DNA from: a virus
Length of the DNA: 64,000 bases
Strand: one strand, 5' to 3'
Virus record (IMG/VR): IMGVR_UViG_3300032285_001177
Part shown: positions 55,398 through 64,000 of the stretch, in pieces
How the letters are laid out: each line of letters starts with the position of its first letter
Numbering within the stretch: position 1 is the stretch's first letter
The notes under the pieces: generated by a model
Told to the model about the DNA's origin: nothing
The model's database searches: none
Seen by the model: only the letters and a program-made list of their open reading frames with translations
Program-made: the position numbers and the translations under genes

Positions 55398-56390
55398 TTA
55401 TTTTGGCAAGTGAAGTTGATATTCTCTGTCATCAACATCTTTGTCAACTGACTTAGAACCTCTAGCTTTGTACTTACCTACTTTACCAGCCGGTCTGCCA
55501 CGGCCTCGTTTTTCTTGAGTCTCATTATCTGGTTTCTTCTCATCACCTTCATCATCTTTTTGATTCGCACCACCATATGAAGTACCTTTATTTACTGTAA
55601 TATGTGGATGGCTTGTATCAGGTTTATAGCTCTTAGAGTAAGCAGATGTGTTATCTTTTCTTAATCTTTGAGCATCTCTTAAGTCATCGATCTTACCTTC
55701 ATCCATAACTTTAAGCGTTCCTTTAAGGTATGGTGACATCTCAGCTGAAACTTCTTCACCTATAGATCCTGCAGGTTTGCCTTTAGCTTTCTCTTTATCT
55801 TTAGGCATATATGTTGTACCTTTTGGAGCTGAATCGCCAGTTTTCACACCAGATGCTGGGAATGATTTTTCAACTTCGTGTTTATAAGTACCTTCGCCTA
55901 ATTGTGCTAACTTTTCTTCGATACGTTCTACTTCTTCTTTAGATAATGATTGCATACCGCGTTGAGCTAAAGATTTTGCGCGATCCATTTCATGGCCAGG
56001 TTGTACTGGTTTCTTGAAGTTTGTAGGATCATAGTGCGACTTAGGGTTACCATATTTTTTATGGAACTCATCATGTGCCATGTCTTTAATGTCCATTGAA
56101 AGCTCTTTCATCTTACCTTCATCGAGCTCTTCAACTTCTTCTTTACGAAGCATCTTAAAGTCTTGCGCATCAAGTTTACCGTTATGGTTCTTGTCTAGTT
56201 TCTTTTGGTTACCGATGAGTTCTTCCTTCTTCATCTTACCATAATCGCACTCGTCAACCGGTTTCTTACCAGCTCTTAGCGCAGCTAGATCAGCAGCATC
56301 GATCTTATCTTTGTCGCCAGCAATAGCAGCGATCTTCTTTTGCTTTGCTGATAATGCTTGTTCTTTTAAGTAATCATTAAACTTTAACAT
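55398..56390 (-). CDS. Probable internal head protein with EF-hand-like and AT-hook motifs
   Basis: MLKFNDYLKE start; DKNHNGKLDAQD; KRGRGRP; several E-rich sites. Confidence 0.6.
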   Translation of the reverse strand: MLKFNDYLKEQALSAKQKKIAAIAGDKDKIDAADLAALRAGKKPVDECDYGKMKKEELIGNQKKLDKNHNGKLDAQDFKMLRKEEVEELDEGKMKELSMDIKDMAHDEFHKKYGNPKSHYDPTNFKKPVQPGHEMDRAKSLAQRGMQSLSKEEVERIEEKLAQLGEGTYKHEVEKSFPASGVKTGDSAPKGTTYMPKDKEKAKGKPAGSIGEEVSAEMSPYLKGTLKVMDEGKIDDLRDAQRLRKDNTSAYSKSYKPDTSHPHITVNKGTSYGGANQKDDEGDEKKPDNETQEKRGRGRPAGKVGKYKARGSKSVDKDVDDREYQLHLPK

Positions 56391-56402
56391 ATTAGGTTCC
56401 TT

Positions 56403-58835
56403 TTATTTTAAGTTCGTCCATTTTTCATCTTTAGGCATATCAGCAGTTGTTTGTGCTGGCTTTGCATCCATCTTTGAAGCTTTAAAGTTAACACGATGAG
56501 GTCTAACTTTACGTTGTTTATTTTCACCTGTAACCGGATCTACATACTGTTTAATTTTATATTCTGATGTGTATTGATCTTCAGTTATTTTCTTTTTCTC
56601 TTCAGGCTCTTTCTTAGGCTCTTGATTTTCAGGTGTTTTATTAAAAGCTTTCTGAGCGATCTCTCTGTTCTTAAGGAACGTTGCGATGACCTTATGACCT
56701 CTAGATTCTTTAACTGTAGTATGCAATGGTTTAGCTTTTACTGGATCTCCTGGAACTTCTTCTGCCATTGGAGTATTCTTCTTTGCTACTTGCTTATCAT
56801 ACCAAGCTTGACTCATCTTCTTACCAGATTTTTCGGCTTGTTTTAATCTGTGTGAAGCCATAGTCTTTACGAATGCTGCATGTTCTTTATCACCTTGAGA
56901 TGCTTCATTAACCGTCTTAGCACCGAACTTACCTTGTTCAAGACCACCTGGAGTATCATATCCAGGATGTTCTTTATTTAATTTATTCATAGCATTAACA
57001 GCTTTTTTATATGTATCATGTGTACTATGAACTTTATGGGTCTTAGTATCATATACTTGATGTGTTGCTTCGTCTACTTGTACTTCTTCTTTTTGTGTAG
57101 CAAGTTTCTTAGTAGCTTTATCGATACCAGCGATACGTTTGTTTGCTTTCTTAAAGTCTGCATAAGACTTCTTAGAATGTTTTTCCGCTGCAGCCCAATC
57201 ACCAGCTCTTGTGTAATGGTTTGCCCATTCACCAGATTCTTTACCTGAATATGTATGAGAACCAACATCTCTTGCGGCAGATGGGATATATCTTGCTAAT
57301 GTAGACTTAGAGATCTCATCGATTTGCTCTTCATGTAACTCTTTAAACTTAGCTCTTGCTTCTTTTTCATTGTCATATGAATGTAATAGTTTTGAACTAT
57401 GTAGATCTTTAACAGCAGGTGAGCTCTTCTTATTATGTAATACATGCCATTTATCAGATGACTTAGTTAAGATAACATGACCGCTTGTCTTATGAGGAGC
57501 ATCAGCTTTAACTTCATGCTTAGCGATTAATTCTAGATCTTCTTTTAACTTATCAACAGCTTTGTCATGACCTTTCTCACGCTTCCATGCTTGAGATTGA
57601 TACTTCTTAGCGATGCTACCCCATGTTTCTTTCTTTCTTGGGTTTCTAGCATGAGCTTCTTTACTCTTAAAGTCTGCTGCTACGTGTTGTTTGATACGTG
57701 CATCGTGTGATGCTTTCTTAGCGTATGAAGCTAATGTATCTTTTGACAACTCGTCGATCTGTTCTACTTCTTCGTGTAACTTATCATAAAGCTTCTTATG
57801 AATTTCATATGCAAGGTTTGAATGATGACGACCTAATATATCACCACCATAACCATTGTGTTTATCTCTATAAGCTTTAGCCTTAGCTACTTGGTTTTGA
57901 TCGCGTTTTGAACCAAAGTGTTTAGCAAGTAACTCTGCGTTTTCTGTATGACGATTATCAGATTCGTTTTTCTTATATTGTTTTCTGATTGCTTCTTTGT
58001 CAACGTCTTCAGCAATAGTTTCTTCTTTAGCTAATTTTTTAATTGCAGTAGCAATGCCTTTATTGCGGTTATTGTCTTTGCGTTCGTATTCTGAGGCAAA
58101 ATCATGAGCATCTTTGTCTCCACGACCTTGTTTAAATGCTCTATTTGAAGCATGTTGCACTGTTTGGTTATGTGCTTTAGTTGCATATGAACCTAATGTA
58201 CTCTTTGATAACTCATCGATCTGTTCTACTTCTTCTTTGTTTAATCTTTTCTTTTCAAGCTCAGCTTGTTCTTTACGTTTGTAAGCAGGCTCATCAGTAT
58301 TGAAACCAGTCCAGCTAGACTTCTTAGTCGGTTCTTTTGGATTATTTCGTAAGTACGTTGGCTTATCATAGTCTACACTTTCTGTCATGTGTGCATCACA
58401 TGATCTATGTGGGCACTTGTTAACATGACTAATAAAATTATGAGCATCTGAATGGTTCTTAAACTTAAATAGTACACCTTTGTCTGTAAGACCAGCATTT
58501 TCACCACCATGCTTCTTAACGCCGTGCATAACATGCTCAACGTCTTTCTCGTGTGGCTGTTCATCATACTTTGAACCGTCATTGACATGTACTAGATGAT
58601 CTTCGTTCATTTGAGTTTCAGCTGTGCTGTTTTGTGAAGCGGCAGCAGACTCATTAGCTTGTTCTTTTTGTTTAGAATAGTATGCAGCTAGAGCCATCTG
58701 TTTACGTTTAGCTGGAGATTTACCAGCAAACTTAGGATTATCTGAATCCACAAAATCTTTAATCCAAGTACCAGCAGGTGTGGACTTAGTTAACACTTCG
58801 TCTAGTTGTTGTACTATATCTTTATATGATTTCAT
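56403..58835 (-). CDS. Probable internal head polyprotein with EEVEQIDELSK repeats
   Basis: Repeated acidic linkers separate His/Lys-rich segments. Confidence 0.65.
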   Translation of the reverse strand: MKSYKDIVQQLDEVLTKSTPAGTWIKDFVDSDNPKFAGKSPAKRKQMALAAYYSKQKEQANESAAASQNSTAETQMNEDHLVHVNDGSKYDEQPHEKDVEHVMHGVKKHGGENAGLTDKGVLFKFKNHSDAHNFISHVNKCPHRSCDAHMTESVDYDKPTYLRNNPKEPTKKSSWTGFNTDEPAYKRKEQAELEKKRLNKEEVEQIDELSKSTLGSYATKAHNQTVQHASNRAFKQGRGDKDAHDFASEYERKDNNRNKGIATAIKKLAKEETIAEDVDKEAIRKQYKKNESDNRHTENAELLAKHFGSKRDQNQVAKAKAYRDKHNGYGGDILGRHHSNLAYEIHKKLYDKLHEEVEQIDELSKDTLASYAKKASHDARIKQHVAADFKSKEAHARNPRKKETWGSIAKKYQSQAWKREKGHDKAVDKLKEDLELIAKHEVKADAPHKTSGHVILTKSSDKWHVLHNKKSSPAVKDLHSSKLLHSYDNEKEARAKFKELHEEQIDEISKSTLARYIPSAARDVGSHTYSGKESGEWANHYTRAGDWAAAEKHSKKSYADFKKANKRIAGIDKATKKLATQKEEVQVDEATHQVYDTKTHKVHSTHDTYKKAVNAMNKLNKEHPGYDTPGGLEQGKFGAKTVNEASQGDKEHAAFVKTMASHRLKQAEKSGKKMSQAWYDKQVAKKNTPMAEEVPGDPVKAKPLHTTVKESRGHKVIATFLKNREIAQKAFNKTPENQEPKKEPEEKKKITEDQYTSEYKIKQYVDPVTGENKQRKVRPHRVNFKASKMDAKPAQTTADMPKDEKWTNLK

Positions 58836-58836
58836 C

Positions 58837-59289
58837 TTAGTTAAGTCCTGTGTTTTTTATTGTTGCTCTTAGTTGCCATTCAAACTTCTTGTGTTTGTCC
58901 ATACGGTCTGCAATAAAGTTTGCAAGACCTTGTTGTTTTTGTGCTGTTGCTTCATCAAATAGTGGTATTAAACATTGTAATACCTCAGTGTTTGCTACTA
59001 ATAGGTTAGCTACCATATCACCCGCAGTAATAGGTTTAGTATCATCTTCTGCGATAGTCTTATAGCTATGTATCTCTTCTACACTGATAGGTGCATAAGC
59101 ATCAAGCTTACGTAGCTCTTCAGCAAGAGGATCTACAGCACCATACACGTCTTCATAGATCTCACCAAAGAAGTCATGGAACTGGGTAAAGAACATGCCT
59201 TCAACATTCCAATGATATGAGTGTGCCTTAAAATACATGATGAATGTATTACCTAATGCTACCTTCAAAGATGCGATTAACTTTTCCAT
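58837..59289 (-). CDS. dps: Dps/ferritin-like protein
   Basis: KAHSYHWNVEG..F...H.FF.E.Y...D.LAE...HKK..W.L. Confidence 0.9.
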   Translation of the reverse strand: MEKLIASLKVALGNTFIMYFKAHSYHWNVEGMFFTQFHDFFGEIYEDVYGAVDPLAEELRKLDAYAPISVEEIHSYKTIAEDDTKPITAGDMVANLLVANTEVLQCLIPLFDEATAQKQQGLANFIADRMDKHKKFEWQLRATIKNTGLN

Positions 59290-61070
59290 TATCCCTTAGC
59301 CTTCGGTGACTGTTGTCTTAACCATGAATCTAAGTCTAGATAATCAAGGTTTTCTGTCTTAACTTTCTTCTCTTTCTTCTCAAAGAAAGCACTACTAGAT
59401 TTATCTTTTTGTTTACCTGGTTCATCAGCTGTAGGTGATAGTTCAGGCGGTAATGGTTTAATCTTAGCTACTGTTTGGCCTTCTACTTCCCCATCAGAAA
59501 CTGATGCAGCCTCATGTACGTATCTAACCTTTTGTCTACGTAGATGATGACGTGTAGCAAGTGTATGTCCAGCTGTTGTATGAGGTTCACCTACATACTT
59601 CTCAGAGTTTTCTGGTTCTGGCATCTTACCAGCTTTCATGTAGTCTTGATAAGATAATACGGTACGAGCTAGTTCATTGTTATGTGGGTCATCAAGCTTA
59701 CGGATAACATCTTCAGCAGCTTTAAACTTTTCTGCATGTGCATCAAATACACCTATCTTTTGTAGAGCTTCTTTAGTCTTGATATGTGCATATTTCCAGT
59801 TCTTAACTTGATCTATAGATGGATTATCACCTATGTTAAGATGTAAGTCCATGTATGCATCAGTTGTCTTAATAGCATTAAGCATAGCTACAGGATCTGT
59901 AGCATCTACTGCTGCAAGCTTAAATGATTTAACCATGTTAAGGTCATGGTGCAAGTTCTTAGAAGTATAACCTTTATAGCTTACTTCCTTCTCGTCTTCA
60001 CCCATAAACTCTGAGTGTGGTACATGGATAGTCATGTTACCATGGATACCTGTATCATCAGGATGTCTTTGGAAGTGGAGATTATCTCCTACTCTATGCA
60101 CGCCGTACTTAATACCGTCCATGCATTCAAACATATGTTGTTCATTGTGGTTAAGACCTTTGATCTTTTCATGATGATCCTTATGGATCTTAAATGAAAA
60201 GTCTGGACCATGTGTAATCACTTTATGATCAGCATTATGTGCTATGTCTGTATACTGTTCGCTTACTTGTTCTGGTACACAGTTAGGAACTGTCTTACCG
60301 TTCTTCTTCTTAAGGCCAATAGCTTTATAGCCTTTCCAGCATGCTTTATTAAGGCTCTTAGACTCAACCATCTTTACGTCTTTGATCCACTTACGTGATA
60401 GGTCACCAGTGTTATTAACCACCACAAGGTAGTTTGCACCGCGGTCCATGATCTCGTACTCTTGACCAGCAGACTCAACGATATCGCCTACATGATAGAT
60501 CTCGCCTTTGAAATACTTCTCTCTTAGTTGGTCTACTGAGAACTTAACTTCTTCTTTAAGCAACTCAAGGCCACTCACATGTCTCATCTCGTTCATCAGC
60601 CTACGAGCATCCAGCTCTCTTAGTGTAGAAGGCATTTGTTTCTTAAATGAGGCAAAGTCTCCCTTTGATACGTATGACTTGATCTTAGAATGATCAAGAT
60701 CTTTATCTGTTGTGATGACTTGTAATGATTCGTATAGTTTAGCTTTATCTTCTGGGGCTACCACAATAACATCTTTGTACTTACTCTTTAGTCTGATTAG
60801 TTCAGATGTAAGGTTTGACTCGTTCAATGCTTTGAAGTTCATAGCACCAAACATGAGCTCAAGGAAATGCATCTTACGATCTATTGGTAAGTTATCTTTG
60901 TCTTCTGTTATATAGATGATGTGGTCGGCATGATGGGTTTCAACTAGCTTGTCTACTAGTTTCAATGCCATCTCGTTGACCGAGGTAGGAGGATTAAAGC
61001 TGCCAACCGTCATGATAACGGTTTTTGGAGGCAAGCCCTTTACGAGCTGTCTATAGTTCTTCATTGTCAT
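59289..61070 (-). CDS. Degenerate cytidylyltransferase-like multidomain protein
   Basis: GSFNPPTSVNE (HxGH motif lost), paralogous to 61676..62293; followed by LREKYFKGEIYHVGD and CWKGYK..KTVPNCVP modules. Confidence 0.6.
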   Translation of the reverse strand: MTMKNYRQLVKGLPPKTVIMTVGSFNPPTSVNEMALKLVDKLVETHHADHIIYITEDKDNLPIDRKMHFLELMFGAMNFKALNESNLTSELIRLKSKYKDVIVVAPEDKAKLYESLQVITTDKDLDHSKIKSYVSKGDFASFKKQMPSTLRELDARRLMNEMRHVSGLELLKEEVKFSVDQLREKYFKGEIYHVGDIVESAGQEYEIMDRGANYLVVVNNTGDLSRKWIKDVKMVESKSLNKACWKGYKAIGLKKKNGKTVPNCVPEQVSEQYTDIAHNADHKVITHGPDFSFKIHKDHHEKIKGLNHNEQHMFECMDGIKYGVHRVGDNLHFQRHPDDTGIHGNMTIHVPHSEFMGEDEKEVSYKGYTSKNLHHDLNMVKSFKLAAVDATDPVAMLNAIKTTDAYMDLHLNIGDNPSIDQVKNWKYAHIKTKEALQKIGVFDAHAEKFKAAEDVIRKLDDPHNNELARTVLSYQDYMKAGKMPEPENSEKYVGEPHTTAGHTLATRHHLRRQKVRYVHEAASVSDGEVEGQTVAKIKPLPPELSPTADEPGKQKDKSSSAFFEKKEKKVKTENLDYLDLDSWLRQQSPKAKG

Positions 61071-61095
61071 CCATCTATATAAAAGGTATTACTAT

Positions 61096-61103
61096 TATTT
61101 ATA
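61096..61103 (-). promoter_or_regulatory. T4-type late promoter TATAAATA
   Basis: Exact consensus upstream of the 59289-61070 / dps / polyprotein unit. Confidence 0.7.
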
Positions 61104-61335
61104 CTGCAGAGAGTATCACTTTTGTAATATTTACGACCCATCTTGAAGTTACTTCATCATTTGCAAGATCATCGTTAGCTTGGACGTCGCCAATTTGGGC
61201 TACCAAGTCTTTGAACTCTACATCTGTAAGGATGCCATCGTTGAACTGTTCTGTGATGTCATGTAGTTGTGTAGCTAGTTGACCTTTAATACCAGGTTCA
61301 TCCATTGCTGCTTGTAATTCTGCTAAGATTGACAT
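61099..61335 (-). CDS. Hypothetical acidic protein
   Basis: 78 aa, coupled to the upstream lipoprotein. Confidence 0.55.
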   Translation of the reverse strand: MSILAELQAAMDEPGIKGQLATQLHDITEQFNDGILTDVEFKDLVAQIGDVQANDDLANDEVTSRWVVNITKVILSAV

Positions 61336-61679
61336 TATCTACCTTTCCATGCTTTCTCAAGTACTTGGACTCGAGTCTTGTTAAGTTTAAGTGTAGCCTC
61401 ACAGTATGCTGTGGAGCCTTCGTGTGCTTTCTGCACTGCTACATATAACTCACTGATAGTTTTGTTTTGTGGATCTTCTTTCCATGCGGTATGAACATCC
61501 AACCATCTTACATCATCAATTAACTTTTGCCATTCGTTCTTATCTTTATCGATACAGCTTACCTTATCAATTTGTACTGCGATATCTGTTAATGCTGCAC
61601 CAGCTGAAGGATCATATGGTACTGGCATGATCATACTGCAACCTGATAATAGAGCTGCTACTAATACTAATCTTTTCAT
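61335..61679 (-). CDS. Lipoprotein
   Basis: MKRLVLVAALLSGC lipobox. Confidence 0.7.
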   Translation of the reverse strand: MKRLVLVAALLSGCSMIMPVPYDPSAGAALTDIAVQIDKVSCIDKDKNEWQKLIDDVRWLDVHTAWKEDPQNKTISELYVAVQKAHEGSTAYCEATLKLNKTRVQVLEKAWKGR

Positions 61680-62293
61680 TTATGACTCCCGTGTTGTACG
61701 TCGTGCATTAATTCTTTAGCATGAGCATGTGATACATGTTCTGGTACACCCTTACGGAACGCTGCATAGTTACCTGTGCGAGCATGTTCCCTTTGCTTTG
61801 TACCTGATACTCCACTTGTACCTTCTGCATCTGGATCTCTTTGACCAGCAGAGTGTACAGTTATCTTCTTAAAGTTATAGTGGCCGTGACCAGCTTCTTT
61901 ACCATTGTATTTATGTAGTAAAGTATGCATCTCTTTCTTACGATCAGATCCAACGACCACATGTAGGTGTGTTACACCTTTCTTATGTAGCTCTGCAGCA
62001 TGATGTAAGATTGTAGGATGAGTCTCAGATGCAGCCTTAAACTTAGTCTCTGGTGAGAACCGTTTGAGGTGTTTAAGCTTTTGTTGTGGTGTCAATGGGT
62101 TTTTCTTAGGGTCATGGCTATGAGAAGTCACCACAGTATGCTCTGCGTTATGCTTCTTAGCCACATCATGGACCTTATGGATAACTTGCATATGACCTGT
62201 AGTTGGAGGGTTCATACGACCAAAAGCCAAAGCATGATGCTTCTGCGGCTCTTTATCCTCTGTAATAAATTCTTTAAAGTTTAGCAATTCCAT
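61676..62293 (-). CDS. His-rich cytidylyltransferase-like (HxGH superfamily) protein
   Basis: AFGRMNPPTTGH...KNPL...VVGSDR...SAGQRDPD...SGTK.R. Confidence 0.8.
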   Translation of the reverse strand: MELLNFKEFITEDKEPQKHHALAFGRMNPPTTGHMQVIHKVHDVAKKHNAEHTVVTSHSHDPKKNPLTPQQKLKHLKRFSPETKFKAASETHPTILHHAAELHKKGVTHLHVVVGSDRKKEMHTLLHKYNGKEAGHGHYNFKKITVHSAGQRDPDAEGTSGVSGTKQREHARTGNYAAFRKGVPEHVSHAHAKELMHDVQHGSHK

Positions 62294-62556
62294 TTCCTTA
62301 ACGCCAATGCTTTTCGTGTTGGTTTACCGTGTTCATCCTTCATAGGACCTTTATTACCACTCATACGAGCACAGAAAGACTTACGTCTACCTGCAGCTTT
62401 ACCTTTAGGGTCAAGCTTGGATGGTGGAGTAGTCACAGCCATCTTTAGGTGATGACCAGGATTTTCTCTATTATACTTATCTACACCAGCTTTTGTCAAC
62501 CCACCGGTCTCAGACTTATATTTATTTTCTAGTAAGTACTCTTTAAACGTTAGCAT
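62281..62556 (-). CDS. Small basic conserved phage protein
   Basis: GGLT.AG...RRKSFCARM.G...ALRKWNC. Confidence 0.7.
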   Translation of the reverse strand: MLTFKEYLLENKYKSETGGLTKAGVDKYNRENPGHHLKMAVTTPPSKLDPKGKAAGRRKSFCARMSGNKGPMKDEHGKPTRKALALRKWNC

Positions 62557-63733
62557 TTGGCTTCCTCACTTTCATTAAGTTAGCTCTACTGAACTCTGCT
62601 CTATTTACTAACTTTGTAGGCTCGTTCTTGTGAGTAACAACGTAACCCTCTGGATGTGTTTCCTTGCCTTCGATATGATGGCTAAGGGTGCCAGGGTGTT
62701 GGTTAAGAGTCCTAACTAATACGTCTTTGGCCTTTTGGATATGCTGATGCATCTTCAATAGGTTCTCATATGACTCTCTGTGTTTTTGGATATGTGCTAC
62801 TTCAGCGTTAGCTTCTTGTTGTTTCTTATGTGCTGCAGCAGCTGTCTTTAGTCTTGATTGGACGATTTGTGCTTTGTCCATGACATGTTGTTGTAGACCT
62901 TGTACTGTAGGTTTTGCTACGTTACGAACTGTCTGGTTGATGTATGTAGCCAAATGGCCTGCACCACCTTGATGTTGTTCTGTATCCTTATACATCGTTT
63001 TACCTGCTGCAGTATGGATCTTTTGTGCAGCTTCCATATGCTTATGGAACTCCATCTCGTCCTTAGGACCATAGTTGGTGATCGATGTATCATGTGTTGC
63101 TGGTTTATTCCATACATCTGGATGTGCCTTAAACTTATGAGTGATCTCAGGCGAGGCTGTCATGTTATGTAGGTTAGGACCATTGTACTGAGTATGGATG
63201 ACCACACCAAGTTTTGCCTTCTTAACCTTTTGTGACTCTGTGCCATGCGCAGAGTATGTGATCGTATTAGGTGTGAATGAAGCGGATCCGTTTGGGTTAT
63301 GTACCACATCCTTACCGCTAAACATTAGGTCGCCTTGGAATACGCCATGTTTTGGCGCAACCTTTGGTAACTCTTTAAGAGCATCCTTAAGTTTCTCGAC
63401 CAAACCTGGTGCATGACCATGGTTTCGTTCTATATCCTCTGGAGTATAGTTGATCTTAGGTGTCTTATTGAATGCAGACTTGGAAGCTACGAAGAACTTA
63501 CCAGTCTTTGGATCATGACCGAACACGATAGCTGGAGAGCCATCATACTTCATAGTCATGGTAGAATCGTGCTTGCCTTTTTTAATATGCTCAGAAGCTT
63601 GATGAAGTACACCCATAGTATGCTCAAACCCCTTCTTGCCATGGATAATAGGTCTATCCTCTGGATGATGGATGTGCTTTACTTTGCCGTCATCGGCATT
63701 AGCTTCTGTTAGGAATTCGTTGAATCTTATCAT
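62543..63733 (-). CDS. Conserved T4-like protein with ligase/nucleotidyltransferase-like KxDG motif
   Basis: TMKYDGSPAIVFG...FFVASKSAFNK...QGDLMF...EGYVV...KLVNR. Confidence 0.6.
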   Translation of the reverse strand: MIRFNEFLTEANADDGKVKHIHHPEDRPIIHGKKGFEHTMGVLHQASEHIKKGKHDSTMTMKYDGSPAIVFGHDPKTGKFFVASKSAFNKTPKINYTPEDIERNHGHAPGLVEKLKDALKELPKVAPKHGVFQGDLMFSGKDVVHNPNGSASFTPNTITYSAHGTESQKVKKAKLGVVIHTQYNGPNLHNMTASPEITHKFKAHPDVWNKPATHDTSITNYGPKDEMEFHKHMEAAQKIHTAAGKTMYKDTEQHQGGAGHLATYINQTVRNVAKPTVQGLQQHVMDKAQIVQSRLKTAAAAHKKQQEANAEVAHIQKHRESYENLLKMHQHIQKAKDVLVRTLNQHPGTLSHHIEGKETHPEGYVVTHKNEPTKLVNRAEFSRANLMKVRKPNANV

Positions 63734-63999
63734 TTTATTTCGTTAACCGTTCCATCAATATGTGCGTGCCATGCTTTAAATTTTACAGCAGGGAATAGCT
63801 TCTCAAGTTTAAGAAACTCTGTTAGGTTATTTATACTATCATCAAAGAGGCGAACCTTATTGAACTGTTTTGTATTCAAATAGTTATTAATAATGATAGC
63901 TTTTGCTTGACCTGGGGTTGCTGCATTGAGCTTACCAGCGCGTTCTACACGTACATTGTCAATATCAAAGCCATACTTCCTAAAGGTATCTAAGAACTT
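63730..63999 (-). CDS. 3' part of a HAD-like phosphatase protein (truncated at the window edge)
   Basis: Open frame ...AKAIII...KVRLFDDSINNL...; its stop overlaps the next ATG. Confidence 0.55.
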   Translation of the reverse strand, partial: KFLDTFRKYGFDIDNVRVERAGKLNAATPGQAKAIIINNYLNTKQFNKVRLFDDSINNLTEFLKLEKLFPAVKFKAWHAHIDGTVNEIK

Positions 64000-64000
64000 A

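Noticed and set aside
1-64000. Stop-codon reassignment
   Set aside because: Core genes are full-length in the standard code, TAA, TAG and TGA all end genes, and no suppressor tRNA is present.

Overview
This 64-kb window is part of a large, AT-rich T4-like myophage genome. A Gram-negative aquatic host is inferred from the CsgG/CsgF, LpxH-like and lipoprotein genes. From left to right it holds: (1) a PAAR gene, three collagen-like fibre genes and the baseplate/tail module (gp5, gp27-like, gp53, gp48, then on the + strand gp4, gp2, gp54, gp16, gp26, gp51 and a tape-measure-like gene); (2) replication/transcription genes (gp32, gp59, gp33, rnh, dsbA, gp61, nrdA/B) mixed with accessory enzymes (AcpS, three Asp/Asn beta-hydroxylase-like proteins, ClpP-like, DenV-like, heme oxygenase, GalE, cytidylyltransferase, GroES, Dps); (3) two tRNAs with an adjacent unannotated structured RNA; (4) a candidate trans-envelope signalling locus: two small membrane proteins, a secreted Cys-pair peptide, CsgF, CsgG, a curlin-like protein, FecR, an LpxH-like hydrolase and a CHASE2-adenylate cyclase; (5) a cluster of probable capsid-internal proteins with T4-like capsid-targeting N-termini, including a His/Lys-rich polyprotein. 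Other notable signals are a probable -1 frameshift joining gp26 to gp51 just upstream of the tape-measure gene, and ten copies of a phage-specific promoter, six of which appear to give leaderless mRNAs. All functional calls come from motif recognition and gene order; no database search was run.
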